64,000 nucleotides of DNA. It comes from Vitrella brassicaformis CCMP3155 (lineage: Eukaryota; Protista; Chromerida). The number at the start of each line of letters is the position of its first letter. The first letter of the stretch is position 1. A model generated the notes under the pieces. The model was not told the DNA's origin and made no database searches. It saw only the letters and a program-made list of their open reading frames with translations. Shown here one piece after another: positions 13,151-25,806 of the stretch. The position numbers were made by a program, and so were the translations under genes. The DNA lies in NCBI GenBank assembly GCA_001179505.1, contig CDMY01000499.1:296939-360938 (forward strand). The letters run 5' to 3'.

Positions 13151-16100
13151 ATGAGGGAAGCGAGGCAGCCCCCTGAGCCGTGCCCCTCAGCGCACGCCTC
13201 ATCAGACAGCGACTCCGCCCAGCCTCGAAAGCGACGACGGCGGTTCATCCGCCGGTGGCTCATGTGGGGATGGGCGACGCTGAGCCTATGCATGGTCCTG
13301 GAGGGCAGCCGCATCGCCCACGCTCTCTCAGCCGACTTTATGATCAGCGAGGGGAGAGGGAGAGGGCTATCCTCCGCAGCAGGTTACACTCACGGCTACG
13401 AGGGTCTGGGAGGGGTTCTGCACGCCGGCCCTCGTGTGCTCGACGTCCTGCTGCCCATTGCCGCCGCGATGGATAAAGTGCTGTCGCTTCCCTTTGTCGT
13501 CATCCAGATGGCTCTGCCGCTCACGGCCGTCGAGGCCGCTCCGGCACCAACACGTGGGCGGGGGAGAAAGGAAGAGAACACCATTATATTGGCGTTCAAG
13601 GACGATGACGGCAAGGGGGAGAGAAGGCGGCTTGGGGCAGAGGATCGGCGGGCGGCGAGGCGGGCATTCTGGCAGCGGTTTTCGTCGACCATTCTTCCGT
13701 CCGCTCTATCTCAATCGCCAGACGAGGGCGGGGATGCGGACGTACCCCCCTCTCGCGCATTGGGCGCCCTGCTTCCGCCCGGGGAGCTGCTGGACAGGCT
13801 GACGCTGCCGTTGAAAAGCCTTCTGCGACAGGAGGGAGACGGTGAGGACGCCAACATCGAGTCGGACTATCTCTCTGCGCTCAACATGGAGGTCTTGACG
13901 TTCCCCACCCCCGCCCCGGAGGACGACCGACCGGGGCCCTTCCCTTTGCCTTTGGACCGACTGCTGGCCAAGCTGAGGGCCGACCCCCTGGTTGAGAGTG
14001 CGAGTCATGACGAGGTTTTGGCCATGGACGGGGGTTGGAAGGAGCAGGCAGAGACGGAGGGGCAGAGTGAGGAGAGCATCGGGAGGGTGGAGGGAGAGTG
14101 GGAGAAGAGGACTGAGCTGTCGGCCAGCTTGGCGACGGCCGACCTCCCCAACGACCCGGATGTGCTGAAACAGGTGGGTGTGTGCGCCAACCAACAAGGC
14201 ACACACATCATGGTATGGTTTGTGCGAATGGTTGTGTGTGTCCTGCTGATGCTCAGTGGGCGCACATGGACTCACGGGGGGTCGGCCTCAAGACGCCGGG
14301 TGAGTGGGCAAAGTGCGGTGGTGACGGAGATGAAATGAATGCTGCGAGTGTTTGTGTCCGTGTGCCCGTGTGTGCTCAGAGGCGTGGTCGATATGGACAG
14401 GTGTCCCCCAGGCCTCGGAAGATGACATGTACACCTACGACACCAACAAACAGATCGTCGCTGTCCTCGACAGGTAAGTGGCTGGCTGGGCGGGCGGGCG
14501 GGCGGGCGGGTACTCGACCAATTGGCGGACCATGCCTCCCTTGTTTGCAGCGGCGTGCAGTATGATCATCTCGACTTGGCCGACAACATGTGGCGCAACG
14601 AGGCCGAGTGCAATGGCAAGAGGGGCATCGATGATGACCATAACGGATTCATCGTAACCACGCACCGCCATGCTCATGCTGATGCCAGTGGCCAGGCGGT
14701 GCACACACTCCTCTGTGTGTGTCGTTTAGGATGACTGTCACGGTTACGACTTCGTGGGCAACACCGGGCGGCCGTATGACGACAATGGGCACGGCACTCA
14801 CACGGCGGGCGTCATTGCGGCCATCCCCAACAACAGGCGGGGCGTGGTCGGGGTGTGCTGGCGATGCAAGGTGGGCTGGGAAGGGACGACAGGACACACA
14901 CACACACACATGGATGGATGGATGGATGGATGGATGGCTTCATCGTGTGTCAGATCATGGCTGTGAAGGTCCTTGACAAAGAGTGAGTGACATACGTGAC
15001 AGAGGCGAAGCGGGCAGAGAAACATCGATCACATCTATATCTATATATCGCTCTGTCTCTCTGTCTCTCTATCTGGCAGCATCAACGGCGCGATATCCTG
15101 GACCATCAAGGCCCTCAACTACGCCATCCTTCACGGCGCCAAGATCACCAACAACTCCTGGGGAGGCCAGGGGTGAGTGGAGTGAGCACACCACCCACCA
15201 CCCACAACACCACATACGCACCTGTGGCTCTGCTCTACTGCACTCACTGCAGGACCCGCTACCCCGCATTAGAGGTGGCGTTGAACCGCGCCCGTCAGAA
15301 CGACATGGTCTTCATTGCTGCCGCCGGCAACTACAACTCAGACAATGACGTGTAGGCCCACCTGCCCTGCCCTGCCTGCCAGCTGACGCCCCAGCCACCA
15401 CTCACCCGTGTGTGTGGTGTGTCTATGGCTGGCTGGTGGTTGTGTCAGTGTTCCGACGTACCCTGCGTCGTACCCCGTGGACAACATCCTGTCGGTGGCG
15501 GCCATGACACAGACGGGCAAGCTGCTGCCCAACTCCAACTGGGGACACTCGTCCGTCCACCTCGCTGCTCCTGGTACACCCATACCCATACCCACACATA
15601 CACACACACATACACAGAATCCCGCATCCATCATCGGATCTCTCTCTGTGTGTGTGTGTAGGTGAGCGCATCTACTCGACGTGGCTGGACGGCGGGTATC
15701 GTTGGCAGGACGGCACCAGCTGTGCGGTGCCGTATGTGAGTGGGGTGGTGGCCCTCGTCTGGGGGCGCGAGCCGATGCTCGGCAGCCAGGAGGTCATCGA
15801 CAGAGTCATACAGACCACCACCAAAGTGCCCGCACTCATCGGTCGGTGAGAGAGGGGATGACCCACCCCACCCGCGCCGTGGGCAAAAGGTGAGTGTGCA
15901 TGGGTGTGTGTTTGAGTGGTTTGCAGGCATCGTGAGGACGTCAGGGACGGTCAATGCGCTGGCAGCTCTGGAAGTAGGCACAAGCCATCTCATCTGAGAT
16001 GTCTCACTCTCTCTCTGTCTCTCTGCGTCTTCACTTCAGGCCGGCAAGCCATTGCCTAAAGACCTGACATCTCTCGGTAAGCCAGTCATGCGCAATCTCC

Positions 16101-17771
16101 ACAAATGCCATGCCCGTCGTCCGCTCTCCTTGTGTGTGCAGATTGCGCCAGCAAGAACCCCTGCAGCAAATTCGCAACCTGCTGGGAAACAGAGTAAGCC
16201 ACCCGACAGCACAGCCACAAGCACAAGGAATCAGGGCAACAACAGTGCCGGCCGCCGTGTGTTGTGTTGCCTGACGCGCCAGGAATGGCCCCAAGTGCAT
16301 GTGTGCCCAAGGCTACCGAGGCAGCGGCTTCGCGTGTGCCGACATCGACGAATGCGCCGATGCCGAGGCCGAAGAGAAGCTGCTCTGTGGGTCGTCCTCA
16401 GAGTCAGCCGACGGCCCCCCGTCCCCCTCTGTGTGTCGGAACACGGCTGGCGCGTATGAGTGTGTGTGCCAGGAGGGGTACGAGAAGGACGGCCAGGGGA
16501 AATGCAGAGGTGAGCCATCCATCAATCCGTCCATCCATCTATCCAGGTCTCATTAATTACCTGATTGATATCTTTATGTGATGGGTGTGTGTAGACATTG
16601 ACGAGTGCAGCATAGAGGGGGATGCAGGTGACCCCAACATGTGGCACAGACGACTGGGGGCCGACGACGAGAGAGAGACCAGCTGTCCGGCGGGGCTGCC
16701 CTGCATCAACACACAGGGAGGATTCAGATGCCAGGTGGAGTCGCACACCACCTACCAAGCCACTCTCAATGCGTGTGTGTTGTCCTGTCCCGTCCATCAG
16801 TGCCCGAGTCAGAGCGCATGGGTGGCCGAGGAGCGAACATGCTCACCGATAGGTACCTACCGTACCCTCGGCCACACAGCCCCCACACACAAAGAATGAC
16901 CATGTCATGTCTCCCCGTCCGTATCTGCGTATCTGCAGGCCTCCCCTCGTCTGGCCCGTGTGTATCCAACGGCCCCTGCGGCGCGTTCGCCATCTGCCAA
17001 GTGGCGGGGGCGTTCCTCTGGGAAAGAGCCGAGTGCGCCTGCATGGATGGCTTCATCAAGAAGACCCAAACAGCGACGGAGTGCCACCCCGTCGACAGCC
17101 TCTCGCCGGCCGTCAAGGTGCAGGGTGACGGCGAGGACCTCGCTTTCCCGCCGCTGCAGCTGGCCGCGATGGCTTCAGGCAGCCAAGAGGACACCAACAG
17201 CGACCACAGCAGCGACGTCTTTTTCTCTCTGCCCAAGGCCAAGGCCGAGGAGGACCAGCGACAGAGGAGCTGGGGGTCGTTGGGGTCCTCCTCCACACCA
17301 CCACAGCCCGCTGTGGGCCCCCGGTCGGCCGTCGACATTCTGTCCGATACCCCCGCCCCCTTCGTCTTTCAGCAAGCCAAGAAGGAGCCGCAACAGGACG
17401 CCCCCAGCCTGGGAGGGAGCAACAAGACCAAGACCAAGACCAAGACACCACCGAACAAACCGAAGAACAAACCTCCCCACCAGAAGCAGAAGCAGCAGCA
17501 GCAGCAGCAGCAGGGACCAGGCAAGCAGAAGGCCAAGGCTCCCGGGCCAATGGCAATGGCCAAGAAGGAAAAGGAGAACAACAGGATGGCCAGCAAGTGG
17601 CAGCAGGCGGCTGAGGCGGCCATGGCGGCGAAGAGGAGAAGGCGTAGCGGAGGGGGCGTGATGACGGCCACTACAGCGGCGTTGAGCCAGGCAGCTGACG
17701 GGCCATTATTGAATTTGGGGCGGCTGGTGGCCGGGGGGCTGCCTACGGGGCTCATGGGGGGGAGGGGGTGA
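13151..17771 (+). CDS. Subtilisin (S8) serine protease with prodomain and C-terminal EGF/cbEGF repeats
   Basis: IVAVLDSG (Asp), DDNGHGTHTAGVIAA (His), FIAAAGN (oxyanion Asn), QDGTSCAVPYVSG (Ser). Downstream exons encode CSKFATC..KCMCAQGYRGSGFAC, DIDEC..VCRNTAGAYECVCQEGY, DIDEC..PCINTQGGFRCQCP and a fourth EGF-like unit. Hydrophobic stretch near the N-terminus. Confidence 0.92.
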
Positions 17772-18293
17772 CCGTCACGTTACGTAGATACATTTGTCGT
17801 CGTCCCTGGGTAGCGGTGGCTGGTTGATGGGTATATATGGGTCTCTCTGTGTGTCTGTGTGGTGTGTGGCTGTCTGTATGGCTGCGCGTGTGCATTTTCT
17901 GTGCTGCCTGCCGGGTTTCCCATGAGAGTGGACGGACGGCATGTGTGTGCGTGTGTGTGCATCTGTGAGAGAGAGGGAGACATAGACAGATGATCTCAGA
18001 TCAATGACCATTTAGTTTGCTGCTGGAACTGTTAGGATACCAACACACCCACACCCACACCCACACTCATGGAAACTCCTTAGCCCCCTCACCAAGCCCA
18101 AAACAACACACACACACACGTGCAGGCAGGCAGGAAATGAGTGAAAAGCACAGGATTTGAAAGCCCCAGCCAGCCAGCCCCTAACCAACTAACCAACACA
18201 CTACACTCACTGTCCATGAATTAATTGCCTTGCAGGCCTCCCCACTCTCTCTCTCTCCCACCCAATCACTCACTCCCTCACTCTCTCGTTCTC

Positions 18294-19438
18294 TCATTCG
18301 CACTGCACGCCTTTGTCTTGCTCGCCATAGGCCGCATACGGGCGGCCTGCATCCTGCCACGCGTCCTGAAGCTCCGCATAGTACGACACCTCACGTGGGT
18401 GCGGCGACCCGACAACACCCATACCCTTACCCACACCCACATCCACACCCACACCCACATCCCCACCGCCCATCCCTATAGCATGGTGGACCCCGCCTCG
18501 CTCCATCACACTACTCAAGCCCATCGGCGTCACATCGCCCCCCCGCGCCCTCTTGATGTGTGTCTGCTCCCAATCTCTCTCCATCATATGATAATGCGGC
18601 GGCTGCTGGTGGCGGCCAAGGTCATCCATCCCGCCCCCCAATCTCTGCCGCCATCCAGCCTGGTACTGAGCATGAGAAGCTTCCATGCCCTCCTGCTGCT
18701 GCTGCTGCTGCTGTTGGTGCTGGTAGTCCGCGGCAGTGACGATGCGTGGCGGCGGGGGCGGGGGCCGTGAGGGTGCGGGGGGGATGGAGTGATGCTGCTG
18801 CTGTTGCTGCTGCTGCTGGTCGTTTGGTTGTTGTTCTGGCCCGGCGGGTGGTCCGGAGAGTGGATTGGGGTTGAGCTCCCACTCCCCGTGGGCAAACTTG
18901 CAAAGGGGATCATTGCACTTGCCGCGCAGCCACTGACCGCACAACTTGGTCTGCAAGAGGCCGGCAGAGACACACAGACGACAGAGTGAGTAAGTGCATA
19001 GAATAGACAGACACACAAGGGGCCTGCCAGGCACTCACCTTTCGCAGGTTTGGCATGACTCTCATTTCCTCGCAACTGTGGGCATATGTGCAGTTCTCCC
19101 GGTTGCAGCGCCCCTCCATAAAAAACTGACCAACCAAAGAAAGGAGCAATTCACCACGGCGGCTCCTCCTTGCGGCCCCATCTGTTGGGCCGTCTCACCT
19201 TACAGAATTTCGTTTTCCAACACCTGAAGACACGCAGAAGCACAAAGGCCGTCCCTGTCCATGCGCTCTCCGCTTCCATGCATCCGTGTCCTTCATTCTG
19301 GTGCGTGTAGTGCGTGTTTGCCCGCTGATTGACTCACTTCTGCGAGAGCTTGGACTTCTCCTGGGCATGGTGGAGGCTGTGGTGGTAGTAGCCCGACACA
19401 GGGTAGCTTCCATGATAGCCGCCGCCTGAGTAGCTCAT
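18294..19438 (-). CDS. Tandem CCCH zinc-finger RNA-binding protein with Q/P-rich tail
   Basis: Spliced WKTKFCKFFMEGRCNRENCTYAHSCEEMR and KTKLCGQWLRGKCNDPLCKFAHGEWEL give two C-x8-C-x4-C-x3-H-type CCCH fingers with TIS11-like lead-ins. Confidence 0.85.
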
Positions 19439-19966
19439 CCTAGCTATGCATCTCACAGGTGTTCTCGCTGCGATCTCGGGACGAACTGGGGCCGCGCCGG
19501 GGGGCGGAAGGGGCAACCGCCTCAACGTTCTCTTGGATGGAGGCTCGGCGCTCTTCGATCCTCTTCCTCTATCAGTTTTTTGTTTTTGGCTTGCGTCCAC
19601 CTCTCCGGACACGCACAGATCATCACTCAGTCAGCTGTGGAAGCTCCGGTGCTCATGTGATTGATACATACACACAACGTTACGTACGCGCCGATATATC
19701 CCTGGGCCTTTCTCCCACCGGCCAGGGTCACTCACGTTGCGTGTCTGTCGTGTGATGACCGGACTTGCACTGCACAGGTAGGTAGCTTAGCTGGTCGAGA
19801 TAAGGGAGATCTAGCTAGCCAGGACAGACAGACAGACAGACAGGGATGTGCTATGAGCTGCACAGTGTGATGCATCACGGCACTGTGACAACGCCCGACC
19901 CCAACATCCGTCAATGGCGTCCGTCTGCTGCACACACGCTCGCACCAAATGCAACAGTAGGCGGCA

Positions 19967-22900
19967 TCACCACGCCGGCTCATCCTTCTCGTCCTCACCT
20001 GCACACACATCACACAACGACACACCACACCACACGAACGCCTATTGACCGTCCCCCTCTCCGCTAGCACACATACCATTGAAGACACTCAGGTCTTCCT
20101 CTATCTCCTCCATAATCTCCTCCTCCTCTTCATCAACCCCAACACCACCGCCAGCAATCCCCCCAAACGACATGACCCCACCGCTGCGAGCCGCACCCAC
20201 TGCCCAGCTGTCGAACGAGCCTGCACCCCGGACGGCTGGCGGCTCCTGCTGCTGCTGCTGCTGAGGGTGGTCAGCTGGCGGGAGTGTGTCAGGCTGCTCG
20301 GGGCCGGTGGGAGGTCTTGTGGGTGAGACCGCCCTGCAACAAACACACACACAAAACACACACGCAAAAACTGGGCGACCGGTCGCGCATCATGAGACAT
20401 CCATCTCGGCCACCCACCCCACTCACCTCTGCGCTCGCGCTCGCCTGATGTGCTCGTCCAGCCGCGCGGCTAGGCTGTCACTCTCCCCAACTCGCGCCTT
20501 CTCCTCAGCACTGGCCCCCAGCTCTCCTGCACCCTCATCGTCACGCACACGCTCAACCACGGCAGTGGCCGAAGGCGCAGCGGCCTCACGCCCACCGTCC
20601 CCACCAGCAGCAGCCGTAGCAGGGCTGTCGTGGCTCTCCAACAGCCATTTGCGGGTGTCCTTCGTGGTGTCTGCCGCTGTGGCTGGTGAGCCGCCACTCG
20701 GCAACAATGCGTCGAGACTCGAGATGGACGGCGACTCCCCCGCCAGTGAGGGCCGCTTGTGCTGGTCGGGGTGCTGCTGCAGCAGGGGCGGCAGCCGGCC
20801 GGCAGGCGTGACGACTGGGGGAAGGGGCGCTGCCGACGCGGCCGAGACGGGCGTGGCGTCGTCCTCTGCGGCGGGCTGTTCCGTACCCCTGTCATGCGCC
20901 TCTTCCCTCTGGTGGGCCTCCATCTGCATGAAAGTGTCGATCTGGCGGTCGACCACCGCCCGGTCTGCCGCCGCTATGGGGGACGAGTCGACGGACGCCG
21001 CGCCATCAGGGGCATTCTCCGCCATGTCCGCACGGATGGCGGCACTGGCGTGTGTGAAGGGCAGCACAATCGACTCAGGCAGGGTGGATGCAGGCAGGGG
21101 CGGGAGTGTGTCGTGCGGGCGGGGGACGGGGGAGATGCCCTGACGGTCTGGCACAGCTGCCTTTGTGTCGGCCGCCCTCAGCTTGCTCACATCTGGCCTC
21201 TCCGCCGGCACGTCTTCTCTGTCTGTCGGTGCGGCGGCCTCCTCCGGTTGCTGCTGCCGCTGTTTGTCTTGCCCCTCCTTGAGTCCCTCGGTGCTCGTCG
21301 ATCGCGCAGCCCATTTCTCGTCCTTCTCCTCATCTGCCCTCTCCGGTGGCGGCACGGCAGCCGTCGGGGCCTCTCGACGGACAGGTGGCGAGAGGGGAGA
21401 GGACGTGACGGCCACCGGCGCCAGCGATGCGACCGGTGGGTGGCGTGTCTTGGGCATGGTGCTGGTGCGAAGGGCGCATGGGGCAGTGGCCGAGTAAGGC
21501 ACCACCTCATACGTGGCGGGTGGTGGTGCGATCCACAAGTCCTCCCCCTGCTGCAGCTCGTCTCTCGTGGCCAGGAACCGCTCGACGCTGCCCTGAAGGC
21601 GAGCTGTGTCGGCCTCCAGATCGACTCGGGCGACGCGCGAGGCGATGGGGGACGCCGTGACGTCAGCCACGGGGTCTTCGTCATGGTCTGTGGACGTCTC
21701 GAGGTTGAGGGTGTCCTTGAGTAGCTCGAGCTGCGACTGCAGGGTCGCCGTGTGCCGAATGCGCGACTGCATGGAGGGGAGCTGGGGTGCGGGAGGGGGG
21801 AGGGGGTGCTCACTCTAGAGGCACAACACAGACACAGGTGAAGAGAGAGAGGCGTGTATGCCGTGAGGAAGGGAACTGCGGTGAGCGCATCTCTCTCATC
21901 CCATCTCACCCACCCACCCTGTATCGCTCGATGGTTTGCTGGAAGTCCTGCAGCGTCTCAGTGTGTTTCTTCTGCAGACGCTCGAGCTCCTCTCGGTGCT
22001 GCTGCTCGCGGTCTCGGCTCTCCCTCAACAGACTCTGCACACAAAGACCAGAACACACACACACACATATACCGGGTGGTCGCATTAGCTGCCGGAACTG
22101 ACCCGCAGAGTCTCGTTCTCGCTTCGCGCATGATCCCATTCGGCCTGAGAGGGGCGCAAAGCAGTGTTTGGCCTGTTTGGCGGACCCCTGTGGTGCTATG
22201 CTGTGTGCTTACTTTCAGATCGTTGTGTGTCTGCGGCTGCACGTAGGTGGCGACCTGCTGCTTGAGGGCCAGGGCCTCCTCCTCACTCCGACGTAGCGCC
22301 TCGCGCACATCCTTCCACGCACACACACACATCCGTCCATCCATCCATCGTGCGCCACCTTCCTTGGCTGCTTAGCTTCTTTGTGTGTTGTCTGTCTGTC
22401 TTCGCTAACTTACGGCGTATTGGTCTTTGTATTCCTGGGCCATCCGCTGGTACTCGTGCAGCTGCGTCATGTACTGCGCCTTGGCGTCGGTGCTCGTGTC
22501 GGCCAGCGACTGACGCTCACGCTTCAGCGCCAACACCTCTCCCTCTAGCGCACGGTAGGCCTGACAGACCGACCGACCGACCGATGCACCCGATGAACTA
22601 AGTGGATGGAGGAGTGAATGTGGTGCGGGGGGCTGACCTGCTGGTCTCTGGATGCGCCGGCGTAGGCCAGGCGCAGCTGCTCACGCAAGTCGGCCACCTG
22701 CACACACGACAGGCGATGGGTGGGGTCGGGGGGCGGTGGCTGTCGCGTCATCACCTACATACCTCTCTTCGCAGGTCGTTGTGTTTGGTGTCCAGCTCTG
22801 CAAGTCGGTGCGATTTCATCTTGGCGTCACCCTGGGCGTCCTCAAGCTGACACACCGACCACATATTCACTCGGCGTTCAGTCGTTAAGTGGTTGGCTAC

Positions 22901-24718
22901 CCGTTGGTGCAGCTCCTGGATGCGCTCCTTCTCCTGCTGCACGAGGGCGGCCTCCTTCTCAAGTGACATCTGGTCCTGCGACCAATGAATGACACACAGA
23001 CGCGTCTGCCTTCCTGCGTCCCTCCCTGGTTGTGTCCCTCTCTCACTCTGTGGAGGTTCCTCCTGTCCTCCTCATAGCGGCCCTCCACCTCCCGCTCGAA
23101 GGCACGCATGCGCTCCTGCAAGTCACGCTCACTGCACACAGACACACACACACACACACACGCACACACACACACCAGGCAGACATACGTGTCATGTAAT
23201 CAATCGTGTGGATGGCACCACACTCCGGGTGCCGACCGTTTGTCTTTCTCGGCCCTGAAGTTCTCCTCACGGTCACGGAGGCGCATCTCGCGACCCTCGT
23301 ACGCCTGATGATAACCACAGAGACACACATGAGTGGGGTGTCTGTCGTGTGTGTGTGTGTGTGTGTGTACCTGTTGCTTTGTCTGGAGTGCGTGTCTCTC
23401 TAGCTGTATAGTGCGATCGGTCTCCTGGCGCTTCTTCCAGATGTCTTCCAGCTGCTTGATCACATCCTGCCTGGTGTACATGTTGAGAGTAACAGACAGA
23501 CAGACAGACACACACAGAGAGAGAGAGAGAGAGAGAAAAGGAGTGAGCTGACACACAGCTACCTATAGCTAGCTGTGTAGATTGCGTGTGGTTGGCTAGG
23601 TCACCTTGCTTGGTAGGCTTTGTGTTCGATGTCCTTTTCCTTCTGCTGCAGCCGCTCTATCGCCCGCTGCTCCTTCACACGCAGACGCTCAACACGCTCC
23701 CTGCACACACACAGACGGACAGAGTGCACGCGTCTGTTGCGCAGCCACATTCCAGCTCACTGCAATGGCGTACTTGTGTAGGCTGTCAAGCTGTGCCTTG
23801 TACTGGTTCATCTCCTCCCTGCAGCGCTTGTTCTCCTCCAGCCGCACCTGGCTCATCTCCAGCTGACGGATGCGCGACACCTCAGCTGACAACTCCTCAC
23901 GATACCTACACAACCACAACCACAACCACCAAGAGGGAGAGAGGGAGAGAGGTGAATGGGCGGTGTGTGTAACACGCACCACAGACGGACCTGTTCTCAC
24001 ATTCCCTCTGGAACCTGATCATGCGCTCCTCCACCCCCACCCTGTCCACCTCCCTCACGTCGCCCAGCGCAAGCCGATGCGACACCTCCAGCCGACACAG
24101 CTTGGCATCCACATCCTCCCCGGGGCCGTCATCCTCAGTCTGCACGAAACACTCGGCTGTCTTTGGGGGTCTGAGGGCCGACTGCAGCAGGCCAACGAGG
24201 TCTGTCAGCATGGGGGCGGGCTGGGCAGATGTTGATGTGTGTGTGAAGGGGTGGCCGGGGGGGATGTGGAGGGAGGTGGCGACGTCCTTTCGAGATAGCA
24301 CGTCCGTCGGGTTGAGGCCTGACAGACACAGACAGATGCGCTCCATCCATCCATCCATCCATCCATCCAGCGCCCCACCGAGGTCCGGCACGACGACAGA
24401 GAGCGAGTACATTTTGCCCTTGACCTTCAGGTAGTCCACCACCAAACTGCCCAGAACCCGCTCCTCCAGACCCAGCGCCTCACTCACTACTGGACCACCG
24501 CCCTCACCGCCCCGCAGCGTGGTGATGAGCTGGTGCCTCAGGTGGGCCTTGAGCGACTGCGCGATGCCCCTCTCCTCGATGGTGCGGTGCAGCTGGCTCC
24601 GCAGACGGGCGACCGTCGCGGGCTCTTCCTGAATGGCTGGTAGGTAGGCCTGATGCGGCGGAGGGGGCGGCGCTGCTGTGTCATCAGCAATGTAGATTTC
24701 CTCCTCGTATGGATCCAT
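19967..24718 (-). CDS. OFD1: OFD1-like centriolar protein (LisH-like N-terminus, long coiled coil, low-complexity tail)
   Basis: RLRSQLHRTIEERGIAQSLKAHLRHQLITTL...VLGSLVVDYLKVKGKMYSLSVVVPDLG resembles the OFD1 N-terminus. It is followed by EERMIRFQRECE..YREELSAEVSRIRQLEMSQVRLEE and many coiled-coil exons. The last exon (GEDEKDEPAW*) is uncertain. Confidence 0.78.
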
Positions 24719-25109
24719 GGCGTGGCGCGCCTGTGAACCTGGCGAAAGGCATACACAACAGCAGCCAGGCAATGAATGGCGGCCGGCGGCATAAAGTGTG
24801 TTGCCTTCTCACTGTAGATGAGTGTCACTTGAGGCGTTCCGATGGTTCGAAGAGAGCCAGTGAGCACCGGTCAGCAGCCTCGCGTCGCCCCTGCAGTGCT
24901 CCCAGCTCCTCTAACAGCAACAAAACGTCGAAACGAGGCGATTGTCCGAAACAAGACAGCCGCTGGAACTGACAGCTGCGGCAATGTGTCTGGGAAGGCC
25001 TCTACCACACTTGCACACAGCAATTTTCGGCTCTTTTTTTGTCTGCCGTCGATCGGCGAAAAGCTCGCGGCACGAGGGAGAGGGAAGGAAGCCGGGGAAG
25101 CTGGAAAGG

Positions 25110-25773
25110 ATGTCGCGGGGCGACCGGGAGGCCAACCCCTGTAAGATGGAGAGCAGTAGAAGCGACTTCCTGCAGATTCACTCACCTCACTCACCATGTG
25201 CTCTCTCTGATGTGGTGTTGCTTTGCTGTGCCCGCTTGGCTCTGTTGTTGCCAACAGACAAGGTGTACATCGGCGGCTTGCCCTCGTAAGCGACACAGAC
25301 AGGCAGATGAGATGCAGCCAGAGACGCTACCTGATCTGGGGAGACCAGAGGACAGGAGACTCTCTCGGGGTGCCAATGAGGCTTTTCACGAGGAGACTCA
25401 TTCGTATGTGGCTTGGCTGGCCATTCACTCGGGAGAGAGGGCTCTTAGGCTGTGGTCGCTTGCTTCTGGCGCAATGGAGCGAGGCGAGAGAGCGAGCTGC
25501 CGTAGTCTGGGCTGTGGACGCTTCTTCTTTCTTCTGGCTTCTGTTGTGGCTGGCTTGGCTTGGCTTTGTGGCTGCACAACACACTGTGGATGTGGATGTG
25601 GATGATAATGGGACATTAGCGGTTTTTGGGCATTGGATTATATGATGGGAATGCATGCGTGGCCTTGTGGTGGTGGTGGCGGTCGATAGGCCGGAAGTAG
25701 GGGCTTTGTCGCATCAATCACACAGCATATATCGGAGCATCTGCCAGTCACACCTCTTATGTGTGTCTCTCTC

Positions 25774-25806
<33 letters not shown>

